Source of the DNA: Lingula anatina
Taxonomy: Eukaryota; Animalia; Brachiopoda
Assembly: GCA_051362555.1 (NCBI GenBank)
Contig: CM120641.1
Span: forward strand, 31,068,401 to 31,132,400
DNA length: 64,000 bases
Direction of reading: 5' to 3'
Positions 1 to 13,413 of this stretch are shown here, one piece after another. Below the pieces are notes generated by a model, which searched no databases, was not told the DNA's origin, and saw only the letters and a list, made by a program, of their open reading frames with translations. The translations under genes were made by a program, and so were the position numbers. Within the stretch, counting starts at the first letter, position 1; every line of letters begins with the position of its first letter.

Positions 1-2
1 TG

Positions 3-866
3 ACTGGTTTACAGATTAGAGGTTATAGAAATGATGAAAAAATTATGTTGCCTGTTACATATACAAGGAAGTCAATTCCGGCAAATAGAGATCACATCCC
101 TACATACGACACAGCTAGAAAGTGGCCGTACTTGAGTGGCATGGCAGATAGTTTGCCACCACTATTAGATGTAGATATAGGACTTTTAGTAGGATATAAT
201 TGTCCTAAAGCTCTGTTGCCCACTGAGGTGATAGCACCTCAAGGCAATGGCCCATTTGCACAGAAAACGGTGTTGGGTTGGGGAATAGTAGGCATAGTTG
301 AACCCCTTGTTGAAGAGTCCTTAGACCCCATAGGAGTTAGCCATAGGGTGTTAACCTATAGGTCGTCTGTAGATAAGGTCTCATTTGCTGTACGCAACAG
401 TGTCAAAGAAGTAGTGACTGACACTGCAGGGGATTTGGAAGCCATTGCCCCATCTCGTTTAGACCGTCAATTTCTAGATATTATGGAAAAGGGATGTAAA
501 AAAAGTGACAATGGAGTGCACTATGAGATGCCACTCCCATTTAGAAATGGTAAACCCCGTCTCCCAAGCAATAGGGATCAGGCATTGTCTAGACTTATGA
601 CTCTGAAGAAAAGATTTGTGCGTGACCCTGATTTCAAGAAAGATTATTACACTTTCATGAATGACATTCTCTCTAACGAGTATGCAGAGAGGGTGCCTAT
701 AGAGGACTTAGACAAAGGGGGGTCATGGTATATTCCTCACCATGGGGTATATCACCCAAATAAGCCCAAAAAGATACGGGTTGTGTTCGATTGTGCTGCT
801 AGGCATCAAAATAGGTGTCTAAATGATGAGCTACTTACTGGCCCGGACATGATGAACTCATTGTTT
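3..866 (+). CDS. pol: BEL/Pao pol, 5' segment (protease C-terminus to RT N-terminus)
   Basis: The frame is open from the window start to ...NSLF. The apparent stop TAG (867-869) is the first three bases of the inserted element. Confidence 0.9.
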
Positions 867-1935
867 TAGTCCCTTACCTACACTGGTCTATCGTTTCATT
901 GTGTGAAAAGCTCCAGTGGCCAGACAATTTTCACGGTGCCATGAAGATAAACAGTTAAAAAATACCCACAATAAATTCGGCAACCGTAGGATGCGCCAAC
1001 ATATAGATAATTGCGATGGTATTTATGCCGAAATATCAAAATGAATAGCCCTGCCGTTCCAATCGGCAATCCTCGACTGTCGAGTGCGGAGACATCCGAG
1101 TAGTTCCAAGTGCTGCCGTTCTACCCTTTAAACCAATCAAAGCAACGGAAAGGGGTCACGTGATCACTTGACCTACATCTCATCGATGTAAACAATGAAT
1201 TTCCATGCGAAGCTTGCACATTTAATAGATGATTCCCATGCGTTGTTTCAATAAAAAAAATAAGTCCTAGGTTTTTAAAATCGATGTCAATATCGAGAGA
1301 AAGATTTAAATAGTTGGAGAATACGTGTATTTTAGGTGTATTTATATAATTGGCTAAATGATGACGTGAATTCACGGTTAAAAGGTATGTAGTATAGCCC
1401 GTACACTGTGCATTGTACCACTTCTACAATCGCACACAGGTCACACTATTACCCAATATAGTGATGATATAATCACTTGCATGTATGTTCAGTAATGTTA
1501 CATTGAATGCATTTTAAATTCTCAGGTGTGTTAAAGCGCATATAATCACTTAAAATTATTTGACTCAATATTTTACACTGATAAATAGTACAAACTAGGT
1601 ATTCATGTGGGCTGTCTGTTTATGAAGCTGGCAAGTGCTCAAAAAATTATTTCAAAAATATGTAAGTTCTTCACTAGGTAGAATAATTGAGTTTTTTATG
1701 TTCAAGTTTATCTTTAAATTGCAGAGGTAAAATTTTTAAAGAAGTTTGATTATTGCAATTAATTGCAGCATTGTCTAGTAACAACAGCATATTAAAAGAA
1801 ATAACAGCTCACATTTAACAAGGCTTTTATGATATATATATAATATATTTTTTCCAACTTAATTATTTAAACTGTGAAATTATAACTTTCTACATTTCTT
1901 GTGCATATCTGAAAAAGATTAATAAAATGCCATTC

Positions 1936-2435
1936 GAACAGGTACACTTAAAATTTTGCAAATGGATTTTAGGTCTAAGAAAGCAGGCTAGCAATACCAT
2001 TTTTTTAGAGCTGAGCTTGGCAGTTACCCTATTATTTCAACTATAACTAAACCTGTCTAAAGATTAGTCTTAGACTGGAACAACTACTAGTAGATAATAG
2101 AACTGTAAATCAGGTGCACAGTCTTGAGCAAGATACAAAGGGAAACACATGGACAGAATCTATCCGAAGATAACAACCCACCAAAGAAATTATATCAAAT
2201 AGAAAACCTTTTGGAAATATTGAACATAAAAATCGAAAAACACTTCTGGCAGGAATTAAATAGCTCAATCTCAAACAAATTAAGGACATACAAAACAATA
2301 AAAAAATATTATGAATGTGAAAATTACATCAAAATGAGTGTCTCCCCATTAAATATCAAAACACTTGCAAAAATTAGACTAAGTGACCACAACTTTTTTT
2401 TTACAAATAGTGCAGATAGCTGGCAGCACTGGTGA
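1936..2435 (+). pseudogene. Non-LTR (LINE, CR1/L2-group-like) ORF2 C-terminal fragment
   Basis: EQVHLKFCKWILG and NKLRTYKTIK...KIRLSDH motifs typical of the post-RT region of invertebrate LINEs; frameshifted. Confidence 0.6.
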
Positions 2436-3700
2436 CTTTGATATACCAAACCCTGAGACTGATCTCAATTTCTTGGGAGATGGACCTTGTATTTTGGGAA
2501 GAGTACAACTGGTTGATGGTTCTGTAAAAGAAGCAAAATAACATTTTACTTTTCATACCATATATATTAGTGCATTATAATGTGCAGATACTGACTACTA
2601 CAGAAACAACTTTAACGTTGGATAAATATTCAAGTGGGTGTAACAAAGATATGTAAAAATAGTAATGTGCTCAAAATTCAGTTATAAAAACAGTTGCCCT
2701 GTATAAATAAAAAGACAACATAGAATACATATTTCAAATAAAAACATCTGGATACCTGGATACACAAATGATTTAGCAAATACAGAGCAGACCGCAAATC
2801 CTTGATTGTTGCAAGTGCAATTGTATATACAATCACTATGATTTAAATGAATAATAATGAAATAAGATAAGACAGTCGCATGTGAGTTTATCACATGATT
2901 GACACCAAGTGATATTGACAACTATAATTACATATATCCTCATGATTCAAAGGGCATAGGGTAGGTATAGGATTCAATGTATTAGTGGCTCAGCATGTTC
3001 CTTTTATGAGGAACTAAGCTGTAACAAACTATAGGCAAATGAGACCCACTGTTTAATATTTGTTGCAACTAAGGCAAATTAATCAAGCTTAAAGATCTAA
3101 TAATTAATAGGGAGCCCACTAGCATTCTGCTGCCCAGATTAATATCAGATGCCTTGAATAAAAGTGACTCTTCTCTTTAAACTGAACTATATCTACCAGT
3201 CACCCTACTCATTATCATTATTCCTTAATTGATACTGTTTGTCAACGTATTTCTTTATTGATACTATTTATGTATACCTTTACTGATTCTATTCATAAGG
3301 GAAAGTTACAAGGATTATTCCTAACAGTCCTAATTAAATTAATCACATTGCAGCTTGTTCTGTGAAAAGCTATCCTACTTTTTCTGGCTCACAAGATACA
3401 GTAAATATTCCCTAAAATACATTCTCATTGAAGTTGGGCTTAGCCTATACATATTTATATTCACTAATGGTTGCACATGTGCAGCAATGTATTGGGGGGG
3501 AGGAACACTCCACAAATAACATAAAAGATTCTACCATGATACTTAAGCCTCTGTCTCATAAAATCCCACCATAACATTTGTTTGTATATCTTGTTGTGTG
3601 AAGCCTTACATTATTTTGTGTAAATGCAATGCTAATTATGATAAATATGGATGAACTAATAATGAGATGTTAATCATGGCAAGAACATACAGCTAGCTTA

Positions 3701-3897
3701 GGCTGTATTCCCAGAGCTTTTAGATTGATCTGTCCCCGCGGGGAGTCTAACTAGATTACTGTCAGATAATCCGGCTTAAATGTCCGTCCCGCCTACTACA
3801 AGCTGTAAGGGGGTATTTAACTTTCGTGTCCGCCCCACTGACAGCTGTTTAGCGTGAACCCCTAAAGTAGATCTATCTAATCTCTGGAAATGGGGTC
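3701..3897. mobile_element. PIF/Harbinger-type MITE (~200 bp)
   Basis: Imperfect ~28-bp TIRs, flanked by TTA on both sides. Related copies occur at ~22380-22540 and from 63939. Confidence 0.7.
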
Positions 3898-4776
3898 TTA
3901 TTCAACAGAGAGGAGTTGTTTCATATCTTAAAACCTTTAAGTATTTACAAATAAAATAATAATAACACTAATAAACTTTTTTATCATTTTCTTATTTTCT
4001 TTCTTTCATATCACTTTTATCAGTCACATATTGATATGTAACATCAGCCACTTACAATGTAAACATCACACGATCGGGGCTGACTTAAAAACAAATTACA
4101 ATATGTTGACATACCTTCTTCAGCAGGACTGCCTTGTTTCTCAGCTTTCTCATACTTCTTTGCCGCCTGAGATAGCCCCTTCTTGTTAATTAGCTTTCTG
4201 TAGCAAGAAAAGTGACATCGTGGTTTGGCTTCCAAATCGTCGAATCCTTATCTAAATCCGTACTGTACGGATCCACTGAACAGCAGCAGCTTCTCTGCTG
4301 CCAAATTTCAGCCATTGTTTCGCTGCGACTCTAAAAGTTTCCCAGCGAACACGTGTGATGGTATCTAGAGTCTCTTAATTAGCTACCTTCTTCTATGTGC
4401 ATGCAACACGAAAGATGAGAATTTGGCGAAGATTTCGCGTCTCCCTCCTCAGACTCTTCATTACAGCCGACCATGCTGCTTTGTTTACATGGCATGGCCT
4501 GGTGGGAAGGTGACGTGACCCCCTTTCCGTTGCTTTGATTGGTTAATCTGATCTGAATCTGATTAAAAGGCTCGAACGGCGGGGCTATTCATTTTGATGT
4601 TTCGGCATAAATACTACCGCAATTATCTATATGTTGCCGCACCTCTCGGTTGCCGAATTTATTGTGGATATTCTTTTACTGTTTATCTTAATGCACCGTG
4701 AAAATTGTTTGGCCACATCACATATTGAAGGAAAGAGCTTTTCTAAACGCTTTTATGCATATCAGGTGGGGGACTA

Positions 4777-6852
4777 TTTGGAGTTCTTTGCAGGTTTAGA
4801 CAAGAACACGTTGCTGTTACATGTGATGTGCAGCAAATGTTTTTCCAATTTAAAGTGTCTGAGAGCCACAGAGATTTCCTTCGTTTTCTCTGGTGGCCAA
4901 CAGACGATTTTTCACTTGCCCCAGTCGACTACAGGATGAAGGTACATTTGTTTGGTGCCACCTCTTCTCCTGGGTGCTCAACCTATGGCTTCAGACAGAT
5001 GGCGTTAGATTCTCAGGCCGAGTTTGGAGATGGTGTTACCAATTTCTTGCTACACAACTTCTATGTTGATGATGGATTGATATCCCTTCCTTCAGTTGAT
5101 GAAGCCAGGAACTTAGTTGTTAGTAGTATGAAGGCATGCAAAAATAGTGGTTTGCACCTTCACAAGTTCACTTCCAATAGGAAGGAAGTACTTGATGTTG
5201 TTGAGAAGGATGATAGGGCAGTAGAGGTCCAGAATATAAACCTAGACAAATCTGTTATCGAACGTGTTCTAGGTGGCCAGTGGTGTATTCTATCAGACGC
5301 GTTTAAATTTAGGATAGTGGTGTCTGATAAGCCTTACACGAGAAGAGGGATTTTGTCCACGGTTAATTCCGTTTTTGACCCCTTGGGATTTTTGGCTCCA
5401 TTCATCCTGGTAGGGAAGCTTATCCGACAGGAATTATGCAAAGAAAACACTGATTGGGACGCACCCCTATCAGATCACCTGAGGCCCATGTGGGAAAGAT
5501 GGAGAGCTAGTCTCCCACTATTAGTAGATCTCAGTGTAGCTAGATGTTTTAAACCTGACAACTTTGGTCTTGTAAAATCTGCTGCACTGCATCATTTTTC
5601 CGATGCAAGTGAGAAAGCCTATGGGCAATGTTCTTATCTCCAATTGATTGATGAAAATAACTCTGTGCACTGCACGCTTGTCTGTGGGAAAAGTCGGGTG
5701 GCTCCTCTCAAGGTTTTGTCAATTCCTCGCATGGAGTTATTGGCTGCAACATTGTCAGTTCAGGTGAGTTCAGTTCTGACAAAGGAACTAGACATTCAGG
5801 ACATACAGCACTTTTTTTGGACCGATAGTAAAGTTGTCTTGGGCTACTTAGCCAATGAAGCTCGCAGATTTAAGGTTTATGTTGCAAAATGTGTCCAATA
5901 CATCCAAAATCAGTCAGAGATTTCTCAGTGGAAATATGTTGCCTCGACAGACAACCCTGCAGATCATGCATCCAGGGGATTGCTTGCCTCTGACCTGGTT
6001 CAAAACAGCTTGTGGTTTTCAGGCCCTGCATTTCTTAGAGACCCTGAGTGTAACCAAGATTCTCACAGTCCAAAAGTTGTAGATGAAAATGATCCTGAGG
6101 TTCGCTCAAAGAATGTTGCATTTGCTACTACTCACACAAATGATGCCCATGCTGAATTTGATTTGAATAGGTTCAGCCATGTGTCTAGTTGGGATAGACT
6201 TCTCAAGACAGTAGCTTTGTGTCTGAGGTTCAAAGAGATATTGCTCTCTAAAGTCAGGAAGAGAACCCTCAAATCAATTTCTGGACCACTGACAGTTGAC
6301 AATTTACAAGAGGCTGAGAGCTGTGTTGTCAAATTAGTCCAAAGAGTCTCATTTAGACTTGATTATGAAGCTTTACGTCGTATGAAATGTGCCCCTCGGT
6401 CTTCTAGAGACAAGAAGTCAAATCACCAGCTCCCTAGATCAAGTATAATACATCGTTTAGATCCATATATGGATGACGCAGGCATAGTCAGGGTAGGTGG
6501 TAGGATGCCAATTGCCTCGGGTATTGTAGCCCATCCTGCTATTATTCCTAGAAAAGGTCACATCACCTCACTCATAGTGAGACATTTTCACAGTGTGACT
6601 GGACATCAGGGTCGTGGAATGACCACAAATGCCATTAGATCACATGGACTATGGATACTTGGTTGTAGCTCTGCTGTTTCCCAGCAGATATATCAATGTG
6701 TCCATTGTAGGAGAACACGTGGAGCTGTGCAAGAGCAGAAGATGTCAGATCTGCCATCAGACCGTGTTCAACCATTTCCTCCTTTTACCTATGGTGCTGT
6801 CGATTATTTTGGCCCGTTTTTGATCAAGGAAGGTAGAAAAGAACTGAAGCGT
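4777..6852 (+). CDS. pol: BEL/Pao pol, 3' segment (RT, RNase H, integrase N-terminus), truncated
   Basis: Uninterrupted frame containing YVDD (~5062-5073), Pao RNase H motifs, HHCC and the start of the integrase core. It ends at KEGRKELKR, where satellite sequence begins. Confidence 0.93.
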
Positions 6853-8619
6853 TTATCATAACATAATAATATATTTTGATCACTGTGTGATATCTGTGTT
6901 GTAACCAATGTATGTGTCTCCATATATTGGTTATTTATGATATGTTTTCTGATTTTAGCACAGATGAAGGTGTGTTTTCTGGATTATCATCTCACTGAGG
7001 ACAGCTGAACTCGTGATCACTATCAAGAACTACAACATATGGCAGTTTCAGCACAGGTCAGTGCAACAATGATATTACTGTACTGGTGATTCTCTTCAGT
7101 CCCCCTTTTGAACACCACCACTATATATATAGTATCTGGAATATTATCATTTTGTAAAAGTGTCACAAAGATCCCACTTAGTTTAATATATATTCAAAGT
7201 GAAAAGGGTTAATGTGAACTCATAGATGGAATGAGGGGGGTGCTGGTGAAAAATCTCTGTCAGTCTTTTGAAGTCTTTATATAAACAAATTTTCATTGTT
7301 ATATTCTAATGCTAGTGTACTAACTGTCTGTTGTGACACAGTATGTGTATGTATATATTCTGATAACTGTGTATGTCTGTTTTATCGCTATATGCGTTTA
7401 TCATAATATAATAATATATTTTGATCACTGTGTGTTATCTGTGTTGTAACCAATGTATGTGTCTCCATATATTGTTTATTTATGATATGTTTTCTTATTT
7501 TAACACAGATGAAGGTGTGTTGTCTGGATTATCATCTCACTGAGGACAGCTGACAACATATGGCAGTTTCAGCACAGGTCAGTGCAACAATGATATTACT
7601 ATACTGGTGGTTATCTTCAGTCCCCCTTTACAACACCATCACTATATATATATATAGTATCTGGAATATTATCATTTTGTAAAAGTGTCACTTAGATCCC
7701 ACTTAGTTTAATATATGTTCAAAGTGAAAAGGGTTAATGTGAACTCATAGATGGAATGAGGGGGGTGCTGGTGAAAAATCTCTGTCAATCTTTTTAAGTC
7801 TTTATATAAACAAATTTTCATTGTTACATTCTAATGCCAGTGCACTAACTGTCTGTTGTGACACAGTATGTGTATGTATATATATTGATAACTGTGTATG
7901 TCTGTTTTGTTGCTGCGGTGTCTGTGTTTATCATAAAATAATAATATATTTTGATCACTGTGTTATATCTGTCTTGTTACTACTGTATGTGTCTGCATAT
8001 ATTCATTATTAATGATATGTTTTCTGATTTCAGCCTAGACAAAGTTATGTTTCTGGATTATCATCTCACTGAGGACAGCTAAACTCATCTGATCACTACC
8101 AAGAACTAAAATGTGGCAGCTTAAGTACAGGTCTGTGTAATAATGATATTACTATACTGGTGATTCTCTTCAGTCCCCCTTTTGAACACCACTTACTTTA
8201 ATATATGTTCAGAGTGAAAAGGGTTAATGTGAACTTTGGGGGGGAGGGGGGCTGAGCAAAAATCTGTCAGTTTTTCAGATTGACAAAATTTCATGTATAC
8301 CTTTTGATGCCTGTGCACTGTATGTGTGTGTGTCTGATATTTTGATCACTGTGTATGTCTGTTTTATCGCTATATGCGTTTATCATAATATAATAATATA
8401 TTTTGATCACTGTGTGATATCTGTGTTGTAACCAATGTATGTGTCTCCATATATTGGTTATTTATGATATGTTTTCTGATTTCAGCACAGATGAAGGTGT
8501 GTTGTCTGGATTATCATCTCACTGAGGACAGCTGACAACATATGGCAGTTTCAGCACAGGTCAGTGCAACAATGATATTACTATACTGGTGATTATCTTC
8601 AGTCCCCCTTTACAACACC

Positions 8620-8716
<97 letters not shown>

Positions 8717-9293
8717 CTGGAATATTATCATTTAGTAAAAGTGTCACTTAGATCCCACTTATAGTTTTATATATGTTCAAAGTGAAAAGGGTTAATGTGA
8801 TCTCATAGATGGAATGAGGGGGGTGCTGGTGAAAAATCTCTGTCAATCTTTTTAAGTCTTTATATAAACAAATTTTCATTGTTACATTCTAATGCCAGTG
8901 CACTAGCTGTCTTTTGTGACACAGTATGTGTATGTATATATTCTGATAACTGTGTATGTCTGTTTTGTTGCTGCAGTGTCTGTGTTTATCATTAAATAAT
9001 AATATATTTTGATCACTGTGTTATATCTGTGTTGTTACTACTGTATGTGTCTGCATATATTCATTATTAATGATATGTTTTCTGATTTCAGCCCAGACAA
9101 AGTTATGTTTCTGGATTATCATCTCACTGAGGACAGCTAAACTCATCTGATCACTACCAAGAACTAAAATGTGGCAGCTTAAGTACAGGTCTGTGTAATA
9201 ATGATATTACTATACTGATGATTCTCTTCAGTCCCCCTTTTGAACACCACTTACTTATATATATGATCAGAGTGAAAAGGGTTAATGTGAACT

Positions 9294-9324
<31 letters not shown>

Positions 9325-12300
9325 GCTGAGCAAAAATCTGTCAGTTTTTCAGATTGACAAAATTTCATGTATACCTTTTGATGCCTGTGCACTGTATGTG
9401 TGTGTCTGATATTTTGATCACTGCGTATGTCTGTTTTATCGCTATATGCGTTTATCATAACATAATAATATATTTTGATCACTGTGTGATATCTGTGTTG
9501 TAACCAATGTATGTGTCTCCATATATTGGTTATTTATGATATGTTTTCTGATTTTAGCACAGATGAAGGTGTGTTTTCTGGATTATCATCTCACTGAGGA
9601 CAGCTGAACTCGTGATCACTATCAAGAACTACAACATATGGCAGTTTCAGCACAGGTCAGTGCAACAATGATATTACTGTACTGGTGATTCTCTTCAGTC
9701 CCCCTTTTGAACACCACCACTATATATATAGTATCTGGAATATTATCATTTTGTAAAAGTGTCACAAAGATCCCACTTAGTTTAATATATATTCAAAGTG
9801 AAAAGGGTTAATGTGAACTCATAGATGGAATGAGGGGGGTGCTGGTGAAAAATCTCTGTCAGTCTTTTGAAGTCTTTATATAAACAAATTTTCATTGTTA
9901 TATTCTAATGCTAGTGTACTAACTGTCTGTTGTGACACAGTATGTGTATGTATATATTCTGATAACTGTGTATGTCTGTTTTATCGCTATATGCGTTTAT
10001 CATAATAAAATAATATATTTTGATCACTGTGTGTTATCTGTGTTGTAACCAATGTATGTGTCTCCATATATTGTTTATTTATGATATGTTTTCTTATTTT
10101 AACACAGATGAAGGTGTGTTGTCTGGATTATCATCTCACTGAGGACAGCTGACAACATATGGCAGTTTCAGCACAGGTCAGTGCAACAATGATATTACTA
10201 TACTGGTGGTTATCTTCAGTCCCCCTTTACAACACCATCACTATATATATATATAGTATCTGGAATATTATCATTTTGTAAAGGTGTCACTTAGATCCCA
10301 CTTAGTTTAATATATGTTCAAAGTGAAAAGGGTTAATGTGAACTCATAGATGGAATGAGGGGGGTGCTGGTGAAAAATCTCTGTCAATCTTTTTAAGTCT
10401 TTATATAAACAAATTTTCATTGTTACATTCTAATGCCAGTGCACTAACTGTCTGTTGTGACACAGTATGTGTATGTATATATATTGATAACTGTGTATGT
10501 CTGTTTTGTTGCTGCGGTGTCTGTGTTTATCATAAAATAATAATATATTTTGATCACTGTGTTATATCTGTCTTGTTACTACTGTATGTGTCTGCATATA
10601 TTCATTATTAATGATATGTTTTCTGATTTCAGCCTAGACAAAGTTATGTTTCTGGATTATCATCTCACTGAGGACAGCTAAACTCATCTGATCACTACCA
10701 AGAACTAAAATGTGGCAGCTTAAGTACAGGTCTGTGTAATAATGATATTACTATACTGGTGATTCTCTTCAGTCCCCCTTTTGAACACCACTTACTTTAA
10801 TATATGTTCAGAGTGAAAAGGGTTAATGTGAACTTTGGGGGGGGGGGGCTGAGCAAAAATCTGTCAGTTTTTCAGATTGACAAAATTTCATGTATACCTT
10901 TTGATGCCTGTGCACTGTATGTGTGTGTCTGATATTTTGATCACTGCGTATGTCTGTTTTATCGCTATATGCGTTTATCATAACATAATAATATATTTTG
11001 ATCACTGTGTGATATCTGTGTTGTAACCAATGTATGCGTCTCCATATATTGGTTATTTATGATATGTTTTCTGATTTTAGCACAGATGAAGGTGTGTTTT
11101 CTGGATTATCATCTCACTGAGGACAGCTGAACTCGTGATCACTATCAAGAACTACAACATATGGCAGTTTCAGCACAGGTCAGTGCAACAATGATATTAC
11201 TGTACTGGTGATTCTCTTCAGTCCCCCTTTTGAACACCACCACTATATATATAGTATCTGGAATATTATCATTTTGTAAAAGTGTCACAAAGATCCCACT
11301 TAGTTTAATATATATTCAAAGTGAAAAGGGTTAATGTGAACTCATAGATGGAATGAGGGGGGTGCTGGTGAAAAATCTCTGTCAGTCTTTTGAAGTCTTT
11401 ATATAAACAAATTTTCATTGTTATATTCTAATGCTAGTGTACTAACTGTCTGTTGTGACACAGTATGTGTATGTATATATTCTGATAACTGTGTATGTCT
11501 GTTTTATCGCTATATGCGTTTATCATAATAAAATAATATATTTTGATCACTGTGTGTTATCTGTGTTGTAACCAATGTATGTGTCTCCATATATTGTTTA
11601 TTTATGATATGTTTTCTTATTTTAACACAGATGAAGGTGTGTTGTCTGGATTATCATCTCACTGAGGACAGCTGACAACATATGGCAGTTTCAGCACAGG
11701 TCAGTGCAACAATGATATTACTATACTGGTGGTTATCTTCAGTCCCCCTTTACAACACCATCACTATATATATATATAGTATCTGGAATATTATCATTTT
11801 GTAAAAGTGTCACTTAGATCCCACTTAGTTTAATATATGTTCAAAGTGAAAAGGGTTAATGTGAACTCATAGATGGAATGAGGGGGGTGCTGGTGAAAAA
11901 TCTCTGTCAATCTTTTTAAGTCTTTATATAAACAAATTTTCATTGTTACATTCTAATGCCAGTGCACTAACTGTCTGTTGTGACACAGTATGTGTATGTA
12001 TATATATTGATAACTGTGTATGTCTGTTTTGTTGCTGCGGTGTCTGTGTTTATCATAAAACAATAATATATTTTGATCACTGTGTTATATCTGTGTTGTT
12101 ACTACTGTATGTGTCTGCATATATTCATTATTAATGATATGTTTTCTGATTTCAGCCTAGACAAAGTTATGTTTCTGGATTATCATCTCACTGAGGACAG
12201 CTAAACTCATCTGATCACTACCAAGAACTAAAATGTGGCAGCTTAAGTACAGGTCTGTGTAATAATGATATTACTATACTGGTGATTCTCTTCAGTCCCC

Positions 12301-12739
12301 CTTTTGAACACCACTTACTTTAATATATGTTCAGAGTGAAAAGGGTTAATGTGAACTTTGGGGGGGGGGGGCTGAGCAAAAATCTGTCAGTTTTTCAGAT
12401 TGACAAAATTTCATGTATACCTTTTGATGCCTGTGCACTGTATGTGTGTGTGTCTGATATTTTGATCACTGTGTATGTCTGTTTTATCGCTATATGCGTT
12501 TATCATAATATAATAATATATTTTGATCACTGTGTGATATCTGTGTTGTAACCAATGTATGTGTCTCCATATATTGGTTATTTATGATATGTTTTCTGAT
12601 TTTAGCACAGATGAAGGTGTGTTGTCTGGATTATCATCTCACTGAGGACAGCTGACAATATATGGCAGTTTCAGCACAGGTCAGTGCAACAATGATATTA
12701 CTATACTGGTGATTATCTTCAGTCCCCCTTTACAACACC

Positions 12740-12836
<97 letters not shown>

Positions 12837-13368
12837 CTGGAATATTATCATTTAGTAAAAGTGTCACTTAGATCCCATTTATAGTTTTATATATGTTCAA
12901 AGTGAAAAGGGTTAATGTGAACTCATAGATGGAATGAGGGGGGTGCTGGTGAAAAATCTCTGTCAATCTTTTTAAGTCTTTATATAAACAAATTTTCATT
13001 GTTACATTCTAATGCCAGTGCACTAGCTGTCTTTTGTGACACAGTATGTGTATGTATATATTCTAATAACTGTGTATGTCTGTTTTGTTGCTGCGGTGTC
13101 TGTGTTTATCATAAAATAATAATATATTTTGATCACTGTGTTATATCTGTGTTGTTACTACTGTATGTGTCTGCATATATTCATTATTAATGATATGTTT
13201 TCTGATTTCAGCCCAGACAAAGTTATGTTTCTGGATTATCATCTCACTGAGGACAGCTAAACTCATCTGATCACTACCAAGAACTAAAATGTGGCAGCTT
13301 AAGTACAGGTCTGTGTAATAATGATATTACTATACTGATGATTCTCTTCAGTCCCCCTTTTGAACACC

Positions 13369-13413
<45 letters not shown>

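Larger units (their letters stand above)
867..4776 (-). mobile_element. Academ-like DNA transposon, non-autonomous/deleted
   Basis: Termini TAGTCCCTTACCT...AGGTGGGGGACTA, imperfect TIRs of ~300 bp (867-~1168 vs ~4509-4776) and a 3-bp TTT TSD. Removing it restores pol NSLF|GVLCRFRQE. A minus-strand remnant with an H..CY motif (HFSCYRKL, 4044-4235) resembles Academ transposase N-termini. The family call rests on the TAG termini plus 3-bp TSD. Confidence 0.7.
1..6852 (+). mobile_element. BEL/Pao LTR retrotransposon, internal pol region (5' part outside window; 3' end truncated in integrase)
   Basis: Two ORF segments carry BEL/Pao motifs: WYIPHHGVYHPNKPKKIRVVFD, CLNDELLTGPD, RT YVDD, DASEKAYG/SRVAPLK..IPRMELLAA (Pao RNase H region), DNPADHASRG, integrase HHCC zinc finger and DYFGPF. 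The segments join in frame once the 867-4776 insertion is removed. Confidence 0.95.

Noticed and set aside
4631-4939. 102-aa ORF
   Set aside because: Chance frame crossing the Academ TIR/BEL junction.
7060-7130. Tandem C/D-box snoRNA array in the satellite
   Set aside because: No consistent RTGATGA box C with a CTGA box D and terminal stem; only partial ATGATA/GTGATT matches.
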